A stretch of DNA of 64,000 nucleotides. Source: Eukaryota sp. TZLM1-RC. Lineage: Eukaryota; Protista; Metamonada: BaSk clade. The notes beneath the pieces are model-generated. The model was given only the letters and a program-made list of their open reading frames with translations. It was not told where the DNA came from and made no database searches. A program made the translations under genes and the position numbers. The DNA is taken from NCBI GenBank assembly GCA_040285825.1, contig JAUPSS010000001.1, positions 2,170,001 through 2,234,000 of the forward strand, read 5' to 3'. Of the stretch, positions 23,401 to 32,426 are shown in pieces (positions within the stretch are counted from its first letter, which is position 1; the number at the start of each line of letters is the position of its first letter).

Positions 23401-26400
23401 TCTAAAACACGTGGAGATACCGAATCAATAGAAGAAATGGTATTAAAGTCGGAAATAAAGGTTTTTGATCTGGTAATTTTGATAGCAGTTTCGCAATTTT
23501 TAAATGTAAATCCAGTAATTGAAATATTAGATTCGCCCTTGATTTCAAGACCGTATCTACTTTTGAAATTACAATCAATGACGTTTCCAGTACCATTAAT
23601 TAAAGCAATATTGCTATTTTCAACAGTTAAGGGTGCATAATCATCATAAACTCCATCCAAGAAGACGATAACGTCACGCTCAAGTGCTCTAGACAATGCA
23701 GTTTTAAGGGATTTACAAGGGGCCTGTAGAGTTCCACAACAAATAGAATCATAACCCCAAGAAGCAACATGGATTTCAGCATCATAATCAGGATCGATTT
23801 TGCGTCCTACATAACCAATTAAATTACTTTCAGTATAATTAAATCCAAAGTTAAACATGCAATTACCACTGATTTTGGCGAATTTACCGGAATAAGCATC
23901 ATGATTGACAAAATTAAATTGAATACCCCTTTCTAATGCAATATTGGCGTTAAAGTTGATAAATAGAGTACCTGAATAATTAACCATACTTGAGCTAAAT
24001 GAATCATAATCATCCTGATTTCTTATAGCAACGTAAACAAATGAATTCTCAGTAAATGTTAATTCACCACTATGAGCATGATGTCCAAGGGTCTCCATTG
24101 AACCATAGATAGTTATATCACCTTTAGAATGTGTATTACCAATAGTATTAAAACTAGAATCAGCAGAAACATTGAGTAAATTAGTCTGGAATACCCCTGG
24201 TTCGAGTATTGCAAAAACTCCAGTTAAAATAGGGTCAGAAATGGTAAGGTTGCCAGATGTACTGACTCCGAATGGTAAATAAGTTGGTGAGTTAAAAACA
24301 AAAGTATCAGTGGAAATAACTGAAAATTCTGACTTAAATTCAATAAATGAATCGTCCAAATCATTGACTAATAGAGTGTTGGTACCTTGGACTAATGCAT
24401 TTTCAAGAAAAACCAATTGAGAAGATAGTAAATCAATAGTGGAATCACATTTAGTAATAAATGACTGATGAATGTATAACTCAGTGTTGGAAATTACAGA
24501 AGAATCACAAGAAGAGGCAGAATTAATTTCAACAATTGAATTATTAACATATCCACCAAGTAGAGTAAACATAGAATCAACACTAACATTGGATTCAAAA
24601 GTACCTCCTGAAAGTTCCAAAATGTTGATTTCCAAATCTTTATTTGACAGAATATGACCTCCTGATTGATTAAAGAAACAATTGTTGGGAGAACCACAAT
24701 AGACAGTTGAGTCACGCTCAATAATGAATTGACCTCCATAGACTTCTACAGGAATTTGATTGATGGACAATGTGGAGCCAGAGTCAGCAATAACGGTAGA
24801 GTTACCAGAAATCTGGAAAATGCTAGGAATTGAGTAAACAGTTGAGCCATTATTGAATAAGACTAAACCACCATAAATTGATAATAAATCTAATTCATTG
24901 ACACTTGATAGTAAAACCACATCACCACCAAACACATTATTGATAGATAAGTGACTGATATCGGTATCAATAGTAACCAATCCACCAAAAGAACTTACAT
25001 TGGTAGAGCCATCAAAGGTACTATTAGGAGAAAGTAGGGTAGTTCCATCAAAAGAAGTGATTGAGACATTGAAATTAATACTAGAATTGGTGAATAATGT
25101 ATTACCATAATTAATGAAACATTGATCTGACCAACATTCTACATCGCCAAAGAGTTCTAAATAACCAGATTCTGATGTACCAATAGAACCGTAAAGAGTT
25201 GAAACAGAGGCTAAATCAAGGCTTGCAGAATCACCAAAAGCAAGCGTACTGTTGGTTTTTACAAGCAAAATATTTGCAATAATAGATTCAATAAATGATT
25301 CAACATTATTAAAAATTGTTAAATTTCCAAAAGATTCAAATCGAGAATTACTTCCAATAATCTTTGTATCAGAAAGGGATAGAGTACTTTGTTCAAATTG
25401 TAGTAAATCTGCATCAATTATTTCAAATACCATTTTCTCAGCACTACCACTACAATAAAGAGATAACAAGTGTTGATTCAAGACAAACGAACCATCATTG
25501 AACAAACAAGATGAACTATTAGCGAATTCGGAATAACCAGTTCCAGTAAATGAAGAATTGTGAATTAAAATTCCGGTATCAAAATAAAGATTTCCACTTC
25601 CTGTACGATTACCATTAAAGGAAGCAAGGTTGTTGACTATCAAATCATAGTAAGAATCAGAATAATTAAAGATACCGCCGTTCAATACTAGATTAATGAC
25701 TGAGAAATTAGATAAAATGTGGTCAGATATAGAAATTAAAGAATTATCTAATAATTCTAAAGAATATAAATCACCAACAAGAGATGAATCAGAAAATTCT
25801 AAAACAGAAATACTTGGTCCCAATGTCCAATTTGAATGAGTAACGATAATTGAGGCTGAATCAGCAACTCCAACAAAACCAGATTCTAAATCAAGTTCAA
25901 ATCCATTAATTTCAACAGTACCATTGACAAGGACAAATCCATTATCATTAACAGTTAGTTTCAGATCATCAACGGTACAATGTTCGATATAAAGGCTTGC
26001 ATTAGAAACTAATACAGTTGAGGGATAAAGATAACAAGTTCCTTCCTGGGACAGGGTCAGACGAGCTGAATCAGAAACAATAATATTATTAATGTGATCA
26101 AACTTTGTAAATATTGAAACAAAACCAAATGGAGAATAAACATGTAAAGTACCACCACCATAGAAAGTTCCTTCAGAACCAAGATCAAAAGTACCATGGA
26201 TTTTGATAGTTGATGAATAGGAAACATTAATTAAACCAATAGAAAATGAATTAATACCACCAATATCAATTATGGAATCATCCAATACGGAAACGTCACC
26301 ATAGTTGAAAAAGTCAGAAGACACTGTGCCGCTGCTTTCTTCTAGAACTAAGAACCTACCATAATTAATGATAGAGGGGTCTAATTCTGTGTGAATTTCA

Positions 26401-29400
26401 CCAATAAAACCAGCGGAATTATTAAAGAAAACAAAACCAGATTCTTTGTTAATCAATTGAGAACCATTAACCAAGTCTACAAAGGTATTATCTATAGTCA
26501 TTTCATCAAAATTAATTAAGGAGTGACCATTTTCCAAATCTTTAGGTCTATCTTCTGTAAATAACGACGTTGCCAATAAAGTAGTGGTTCCAGGATCAGT
26601 GAGAGATCCAGCAGTCCAAGAAAAGTATTGAGTGACATTCAAATTACCATTGCCAGATCTAGTACCGCCACAAAGATTAAATGTTTCAGTAGTAATAGAG
26701 TTGTTGTTATTTAATTCAAGAACACCTCCGCAAACAGAAAGAGTATCAAAGTGATAAACATTGGAAATCATTGTTTCTCCAAATAAAACCAATCCTCCAT
26801 TCAAATAAGCTTCCACATTATTAATTAAAACTCTACTATTATCATTGATAAACACTGAACCATTATTAATAGACCAAATGGAATCATCTAAATCTACATC
26901 AGAATCAGCAAGGAAATCAACAACACCACCTTCAAGGTTGAGAGTACTGACTGATGCAATAGAAGAAGAGGCATGAGATGAAAAGAATCCATCACTCATA
27001 TGTAATTCAAGACCAGGTAATTTTGCTAATAAGTTGGTAGTTGCATTGGCAGTGATTGAAACATTCAAGTTGGACAAAGTAGATTCTGGTAATAAATCTA
27101 AAATAGAATAATCACTTTCCAAAACTATTTGCCCATTAAAACCGAAATTATTAGACACCAATAAGTGAGAATTACCTTCAGTTAAATGAATAGAACCATT
27201 TCCAATAGTTGTTGACTCTTCTGTACCATTAAGGTAAAATACACCTGCAATTTCTAGTTTGGTACGTGGTAAAACGTTAATTGAACCGACTGACCAAGAA
27301 GTTCCAGAAATGGCTAATGTACTTGCTTGGGGACAGGAGTCCTCTTCACGTAATTCAATTGCTCCATAATTCAATAGTGAAACGCTTATGTAGAACATAT
27401 AACAATTTTCCTTTGATATAAGTGCAGCTTCTTTATTAATGAATTGAGCATCATTGAAACCAGAGTTATCAAGGATTTTACCCGCACCAGTGATATTGAA
27501 CACAGCATCATTTTGATTGATTAAAAGTGCTTGATCGAATAATTGAAGTTCGCCAGCTTTAAAGGTAGACATTGTATTTAATTGTAATTCATGATGTGCA
27601 CCTACAACTTTTTCGGCATCAAATTGGAAAATTGTTTCCGATTTACTTATTGTTTTAGAGTTGGATTCTAAAGAACCAGACTCCCAAATGAATTGTTCTT
27701 GAATAATAAGTAGAGAGCTTCCATTACGCATTCCACCATTCAAAAGTAAATTATCAATTAGTACATTTTCATTGTGTTCAAGTTCCAAAACACCCCCAGA
27801 TAGTTGAATAAAAGAAAAGCGGACAGGATCATTATTGAAAGCATCGATTTTAACAAAGCGTTCAGGATCATTATTGAAAGCATCGATATAAACAATACCT
27901 CCACTGATGTCAGCCACAGTGTTCTTGATAAGAGAATTCTTCAAAAATTCCAATCTACCATCAGAAACATTAATTGAAGTGTCAGTAAAGTCTATTAAAT
28001 CATTTGAATTTGAAATTACTGTACCACCAGACTGAGTGAGATTTGAAATAGAAAAAACCTTACAATACTCAATAAACTCAACCAAACCATCAGAAACCTT
28101 TCCAAATAATTGTTGAGTGGTGGAATCATGAGCAGCAACAAGAGAGCCTCCAGAAACATCAAATTTAGCTGTATTCAATTTACCATACATCAAAGCATTA
28201 CCACTCAATACTTGAACAAAGATATAATCTAAACTCTCAAAGGAACCAGAGAATGTCAAATTACCCTGACCTACAACAAAGCAACCTGATTCAAGGTGGC
28301 AATCAGCTTTACCATTAAACACTGCAGATCCACTGGATATAACTTTACCATTAATGATGGTAAAAACGCTAGACTTTTCTTGGACAAAGTCTCCCCTAAT
28401 TGTGACATTAGCGTTTCTATGCAAAATTCCAGAATCTTGAACAACAGTATTTCCATTGAGTTCAAATAGTGAGTTTTCATTAAAAACCATCTCAGAATTC
28501 ACATGACTAACCAAGTCAGCTTCAAAGATGGTATTACCAATAGTTGACACATTTAGGACTCCCTCATTGACAATTCCTGACCAAATATCAGAATTAACAG
28601 TAGAAAAAGTGATTGTTCTTTCATTATCTGAAACAATATGAAGTTGAGAATTTTCAGGAATGTTAAGACTAGAAGATTCATTAAAGGTAATTAAAACAGA
28701 GGGACTTCCATCATTACTTAAATGAGCAAATATACCAATGTCAAGGATTGTTAATTCTGAATTACTATCAAATGTTTTGGTTTGCGAGCTGAATCCTTGG
28801 AACAAATCAATTGCTTTAATATGGGTAGACTCTCCAACAAATCCACCATTAAATAAATAATGATTAGCAAAGAAATCTTTAGAGGAGGTAAGTCTTGATT
28901 CATCGTTCATTTCTAGATATTTTGCCAATGCTTCACATTCTTCTTTAATTATCACGTGGCCATTTCCGGAAAGTACAAGGGAATTCCATTGAGAACAGTT
29001 TTTAGTACCACCTTCTTCGATAACCAATTCTCCACCACTCATGGTTGTGTCAAAGTCAAAGAATTTGGTAGAAGAACCAGAGTCAAGTGTTACCTTTCCA
29101 CCATTGATAATTAACTGAGAATAAACAAAAGAGGGAGAAGAATCATCATTGATAGAGACTTCACCATCATGAACTTGTAGATAATCAACCTTGACATCTG
29201 AACCATCATTAAAATCAATTTGGCCATCAAACATATTCTGAAATACAGATTTTCCGATAAAAGAATCTTCATCAAAAACTAAATGACATCCTGTATGCAT
29301 TTCTTCAACTAATAATTTGTGAACAATGACATCAGTAAAGGTTATTTTAGCATAACATTTACCAATTCGAACTGATTTAGCTTCAGTTTCTTTAATTACC

Positions 29401-32400
29401 AGATCAGACCTTACTTCAGGCAGATTAATATCATCTCCGTGAATATCTTCTCTAAATAAAATTATACCACCAGTGTAATTAATACTAACATTAACAATAT
29501 TAGACCTACGTAAATCTAACAAACCATCCTTCATGTGAAGATCACCAGTTGTGTTTACAAGACCTTCAAAAGCAACTAAAGAACTTGGGTCATCTATAAC
29601 AACATCACCATCTCCAGAGACAGTGTTGGAAACGTTGAATTGATTTCTCAAGTAGACGGTGGCTCCATCTTTAATAGTTAAGTCAGTAGTTTCAACAATA
29701 GAATCTTGGAAATAAACAACACCTTCTTGGCCAATAATTAATTCACTTAAAATATCCCACTCCATAACAATAGATTCCGTAGTGGAGAATTCAAGAGTAC
29801 CATTAGATTTAATAAGTGAATTGATAGTAATGTTATTGCTTGTATACCACCCATTGGTTCCAGTGAAGCTCATAATAGAATCATTTTCAACTTTGAATAA
29901 AGAACCATCATCACCATAAACAAATCCATTATTCCAATTACCACTGTTGGAAAGTTTGACCAAAGTATTTGAACCAAAAGCTTTTTCACCAAGATGAGTA
30001 ATATTCCAATTGGTTATAGTTGTAGTAGTATCATTTTGAATAAGGCCATTATTCCAAATAAAATCTTCTACCATGACATCAACACCACCAAATGTTCCAT
30101 TGTTAAGTTCAGCAGTGTTGATGGAGAATTGGGAGGGATAAGTTACATCAAACACACCAGAATTGATTATTAATGATTCAAAATGGGGAGAAGAGCCAGA
30201 AAATTGGTTGATGAAAACTTCACTTTCGACGGTAAAATGAGCATTTTTTGGTTCAAAACCATTACCAGCAATGAAACCGCCACCAAGAATAGTAACATTT
30301 GAATGTTGGAAAACCACTTTTTGACCATTAACATGAGTGGTGCCTTCATGCTGGGTAAACCAGTCAACAGAGACTACACTTGGTTCATTAAAGACAAATG
30401 TTCCGTTGATAAAGTTGCAGACATTCAGAGAGTCGATGCTGGTAGCGTCAAAGTTAACAAGACCATTAATGTCAACCATGTTCACCAAGGTCAACTTAGA
30501 ATCTGCTGTAAACAAGACGTTACCGTCTTTTACAGTGTTAAACCAAACTTCAGAATATTCACCAGATTCAATAACCACATTACCATAAACTTCGCAAAAG
30601 GAAACATTAGCAACAACTACATCCTTAAGAGTTAGAGTGGTTTCAAGAGGGACATTGATACAACCATGGAAATCAATAAAGCCTGAAATAGTAGTATTAT
30701 CATTAAGTGTAATGGTACCCTCACCAGTAATGTTGGAATTAGAAGAAAATTCAGTTGGTGAATCAATTACAACTTCAGCATCATCCAAAACAATCAAATC
30801 AGAATCAATGACGTGATCACAGTCGGTGAGAACTAAAACAGAGCCAACAATGACTCTACCACTATTATCAAGATTCATTCCAAGTATAAGGGAACCACTC
30901 TCAATTGAAAGCTCATCAATATTGGTAAAAGTAGAGTCACAGCCCAAAAGATAAGTCTCGGTCTCAGAAGAGGCAGTGACCTCAAAACTACTTGATTCTA
31001 TATGGCAATTAAATGTACCATTCACAGTACCCAAAGTAAATATGGAATGATCTAAAACGACATTGGAATCACAAACCTTGGGTAATGATTCTTGAATAAC
31101 CAAATTGTTGATTGAAAGCACTTCTGCTCCGGTAAACTCACCCCCATTCCAAATCGTTGAATTAATACTCCATTTGGAAACAGTTTCAACAATACCATCG
31201 TCAAATTTAAAAGAATCAACCAGAATCTCTTGAGGGCAATTTTCAACATGTAAAACACCACCAGTTTGATAGAAATTGTCAATCGAAAATTTGGGATCAA
31301 CATCTAAAAATTTGACCACTCCTTTGTTGAGTTGGAAAACTTCAGGTGACTGTTGAAGCACAGCTCCACCTTCAAAAACAAGTTCTCCATGAGAGGAAAG
31401 CTTGAAGTGTTCGATATCGAAAGAAACTACACTGATATGGTTAAATGAAACAATTGCACCATTTTTAGGAGTGAAATGGGGAGATTCAAATGTTATTGTA
31501 GCAGCATCAAAAGTTAATAAATTGGAAACGAACAGTTGAGACGAAGGTTTGGTAGTAAACTTATTAGAAATTGTGGAAACTTCGCCAAATTCAAAACCGC
31601 CTGATTTTGCAACAAATTCACCAACTTCTTGAATAAACTTCCAATATAAAGCAACATGATCAACAGATTCAACGACAACTTTGCCCTTATTATCAAAGGT
31701 GCTGATGGCATCTGAAACATTATGGTATTTATACCAATCGCCATTAATAAAAGTAAAATTGCCTTCATTAGTAAACAAAGCATCAACTGAACCAGAAACA
31801 TTGGCGGTAACAAAACCTGTACCTTGATTGAGAATTCTTGTGGTTTCAAATAAGATATGTTGCACTTCAAATTCATCACTTGGTTCCCAATCAGGATCTG
31901 GTTTAATATAAAGATACGCTTCAGGCGTTATTCTGACCAGAGAATCACCTCCAATATAACCCTTATACCAAGTTAAATCACAAGTAATGATTAAAGAAGA
32001 ACCATCCTCACCAAAGAAATCACCACGAAGGACAAGGGAACAAAAAGTAGCATCGCCTTCGATAACAAGTTCAGTACCTCCAATTTCAAGGCTTGCCCAC
32101 TCACAAACGGTGGCATTTTCTTTAATGATAATAGTACCTGAAGGTCCAACAACTGCGTTATCAAAACAAACAAAGCCATAGTAAGCCATAATGGAACCAT
32201 CAGTCATTTTAAGTGTTGATCTATTTGCATAAAACCAGGTGTTTTCATCATAAACATAGGGATAAGGAGAACCTACTTCAAGAGTAGATCCAGGAGTAGA
32301 GAGTAATCGTGATGGATGGGAATCATAACCTCCAGAAAGAACCTTCATAACAAAGTCTTCTGGAATAGTAATATTGGCTAAATTTTGTAATTCCCATTCA

Positions 32401-32426
32401 AAGCTAAATCCATTTCCAGAACTCAA
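20430..32426 (-). CDS. C-terminal half of the giant surface protein: beta-helix-like repeats, Pmp-like GGA(I/L)/FxxN repeats, Cys-rich GCC2/GCC3-like repeats and a multi-pass (~7 TM) membrane domain
   Basis: 3998-aa ORF with IHVASWGYDSICCGTLQAPCKSL, AGGALRV / FGGAIY / NGGALF / VGGAVF, CxxCPxGT repeats, CLDGFTGPLCSHC and several hydrophobic helices. No ATG start or signal peptide; overlaps the upstream ORF by 23 nt. Confidence 0.8.
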   Translation of the reverse strand: MSSGNGFSFEWELQNLANITIPEDFVMKVLSGGYDSHPSRLLSTPGSTLEVGSPYPYVYDENTWFYANRSTLKMTDGSIMAYYGFVCFDNAVVGPSGTIIIKENATVCEWASLEIGGTELVIEGDATFCSLVLRGDFFGEDGSSLIITCDLTWYKGYIGGDSLVRITPEAYLYIKPDPDWEPSDEFEVQHILFETTRILNQGTGFVTANVSGSVDALFTNEGNFTFINGDWYKYHNVSDAISTFDNKGKVVVESVDHVALYWKFIQEVGEFVAKSGGFEFGEVSTISNKFTTKPSSQLFVSNLLTFDAATITFESPHFTPKNGAIVSFNHISVVSFDIEHFKLSSHGELVFEGGAVLQQSPEVFQLNKGVVKFLDVDPKFSIDNFYQTGGVLHVENCPQEILVDSFKFDDGIVETVSKWSINSTIWNGGEFTGAEVLSINNLVIQESLPKVCDSNVVLDHSIFTLGTVNGTFNCHIESSSFEVTASSETETYLLGCDSTFTNIDELSIESGSLILGMNLDNSGRVIVGSVLVLTDCDHVIDSDLIVLDDAEVVIDSPTEFSSNSNITGEGTITLNDNTTISGFIDFHGCINVPLETTLTLKDVVVANVSFCEVYGNVVIESGEYSEVWFNTVKDGNVLFTADSKLTLVNMVDINGLVNFDATSIDSLNVCNFINGTFVFNEPSVVSVDWFTQHEGTTHVNGQKVVFQHSNVTILGGGFIAGNGFEPKNAHFTVESEVFINQFSGSSPHFESLIINSGVFDVTYPSQFSINTAELNNGTFGGVDVMVEDFIWNNGLIQNDTTTTITNWNITHLGEKAFGSNTLVKLSNSGNWNNGFVYGDDGSLFKVENDSIMSFTGTNGWYTSNNITINSLIKSNGTLEFSTTESIVMEWDILSELIIGQEGVVYFQDSIVETTDLTIKDGATVYLRNQFNVSNTVSGDGDVVIDDPSSLVAFEGLVNTTGDLHMKDGLLDLRRSNIVNVSINYTGGIILFREDIHGDDINLPEVRSDLVIKETEAKSVRIGKCYAKITFTDVIVHKLLVEEMHTGCHLVFDEDSFIGKSVFQNMFDGQIDFNDGSDVKVDYLQVHDGEVSINDDSSPSFVYSQLIINGGKVTLDSGSSTKFFDFDTTMSGGELVIEEGGTKNCSQWNSLVLSGNGHVIIKEECEALAKYLEMNDESRLTSSKDFFANHYLFNGGFVGESTHIKAIDLFQGFSSQTKTFDSNSELTILDIGIFAHLSNDGSPSVLITFNESSSLNIPENSQLHIVSDNERTITFSTVNSDIWSGIVNEGVLNVSTIGNTIFEADLVSHVNSEMVFNENSLFELNGNTVVQDSGILHRNANVTIRGDFVQEKSSVFTIINGKVISSGSAVFNGKADCHLESGCFVVGQGNLTFSGSFESLDYIFVQVLSGNALMYGKLNTAKFDVSGGSLVAAHDSTTQQLFGKVSDGLVEFIEYCKVFSISNLTQSGGTVISNSNDLIDFTDTSINVSDGRLEFLKNSLIKNTVADISGGIVYIDAFNNDPERFVKIDAFNNDPVRFSFIQLSGGVLELEHNENVLIDNLLLNGGMRNGSSLLIIQEQFIWESGSLESNSKTISKSETIFQFDAEKVVGAHHELQLNTMSTFKAGELQLFDQALLINQNDAVFNITGAGKILDNSGFNDAQFINKEAALISKENCYMFYISVSLLNYGAIELREEDSCPQASTLAISGTSWSVGSINVLPRTKLEIAGVFYLNGTEESTTIGNGSIHLTEGNSHLLVSNNFGFNGQIVLESDYSILDLLPESTLSNLNVSITANATTNLLAKLPGLELHMSDGFFSSHASSSIASVSTLNLEGGVVDFLADSDVDLDDSIWSINNGSVFINDNSRVLINNVEAYLNGGLVLFGETMISNVYHFDTLSVCGGVLELNNNNSITTETFNLCGGTRSGNGNLNVTQYFSWTAGSLTDPGTTTLLATSLFTEDRPKDLENGHSLINFDEMTIDNTFVDLVNGSQLINKESGFVFFNNSAGFIGEIHTELDPSIINYGRFLVLEESSGTVSSDFFNYGDVSVLDDSIIDIGGINSFSIGLINVSYSSTIKIHGTFDLGSEGTFYGGGTLHVYSPFGFVSIFTKFDHINNIIVSDSARLTLSQEGTCYLYPSTVLVSNASLYIEHCTVDDLKLTVNDNGFVLVNGTVEINGFELDLESGFVGVADSASIIVTHSNWTLGPSISVLEFSDSSLVGDLYSLELLDNSLISISDHILSNFSVINLVLNGGIFNYSDSYYDLIVNNLASFNGNRTGSGNLYFDTGILIHNSSFTGTGYSEFANSSSCLFNDGSFVLNQHLLSLYCSGSAEKMVFEIIDADLLQFEQSTLSLSDTKIIGSNSRFESFGNLTIFNNVESFIESIIANILLVKTNSTLAFGDSASLDLASVSTLYGSIGTSESGYLELFGDVECWSDQCFINYGNTLFTNSSINFNVSITSFDGTTLLSPNSTFDGSTNVSSFGGLVTIDTDISHLSINNVFGGDVVLLSSVNELDLLSIYGGLVLFNNGSTVYSIPSIFQISGNSTVIADSGSTLSINQIPVEVYGGQFIIERDSTVYCGSPNNCFFNQSGGHILSNKDLEINILELSGGTFESNVSVDSMFTLLGGYVNNSIVEINSASSCDSSVISNTELYIHQSFITKCDSTIDLLSSQLVFLENALVQGTNTLLVNDLDDSFIEFKSEFSVISTDTFVFNSPTYLPFGVSTSGNLTISDPILTGVFAILEPGVFQTNLLNVSADSSFNTIGNTHSKGDITIYGSMETLGHHAHSGELTFTENSFVYVAIRNQDDYDSFSSSMVNYSGTLFINFNANIALERGIQFNFVNHDAYSGKFAKISGNCMFNFGFNYTESNLIGYVGRKIDPDYDAEIHVASWGYDSICCGTLQAPCKSLKTALSRALERDVIVFLDGVYDDYAPLTVENSNIALINGTGNVIDCNFKSRYGLEIKGESNISITGFTFKNCETAIKITRSKTFISDFNTISSIDSVSPRVLESVKSQVVLDDVVFTDLNGTLFSLSLHSKAVFKSIKVEEIIGNAFSLESSQLSINDFNISSLKGSIFNSVSSSIDINNAIVSESTVLSPLVDSVHDSIKFDSFIGSDITSNYPLFLIKHSSLETKIVDLSSITSSFPFVSSFKSSFKLTDSSFKDLSMPLINGYYSIIRVDSCNVTGLSVDNIITTNHCEIEVDNVLLKGTRTFIKSSNHGSVSVSDSNFIDGQSSAIITMSTDYVFIKNSIFHKYKTAEAGGALRVKGLNSQLSIHNSSFNECTADLFGGAIYAEVGYLEIDTSKFGKNVAVTNGGALFMDSVDSNSKISNSQFMDNFGSVGGAVFVNSSNIPQLESSQFTNNKASLYGQHYATNAHQIVAREVDFTTVAVAVVDAFNNTVNSTVSRTIYFSPTTSTVGFTGLTKTELVRGQALVSEVSVIGAPQVYQVVAFSSGLLPATFTFEGGHCVEGSVVDPSSGQCKECPAGTRYVDHDCEACPLGTWSSASASTSCSPCPPGTQRDVNDHGCTACDYRSVAPEMGSESCTPCPPRMGANQHLTECVCIGNLFKVDGDCIQCPPGLFCEAFNEYCVMDGFFQANDGTVYPCKKDGCVGNCTSDASCLDGFTGPLCSHCEEGHYPSGNLCLECPNVFFILLGILVQVGMYASIVPLIKLDSQTNYSSLRYYLPLVRFLQSLCAIRIITAIDLPAGIHRLFDLLDSILIRPWGSPIHTCTGLPGGFTSLYWTSALLLPTILVVGYVRRKIPLSMIMYQLFFAVPAHNLLAVFSCRSDSDSLSYFSEHYSEIQCFTVSWWLSAIVSSLYLLAFIGSSLYFIMSFKKYPFTATYASKGYSDEVVYQLHLLIITGALFMFESFGLSVQCAIGFIVCLCALAFNSKRRSYVHPKAHSLQGIYLLVEGILFMLMFVRGIDFVNTSFVFFDVVLILTGLLILYAIYGSLSSFVWGTVDNVKFTKNKTFATNILQNPFVHLGHRVEGDEFDVE
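27816..27887 (-). repeat. In-frame 39-nt-period tandem duplication inside the giant ORF
   Basis: IDAFNNDPERFVK-IDAFNNDPVRF; the two DNA copies differ at only 2 nt over 33. Confidence 0.9.
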
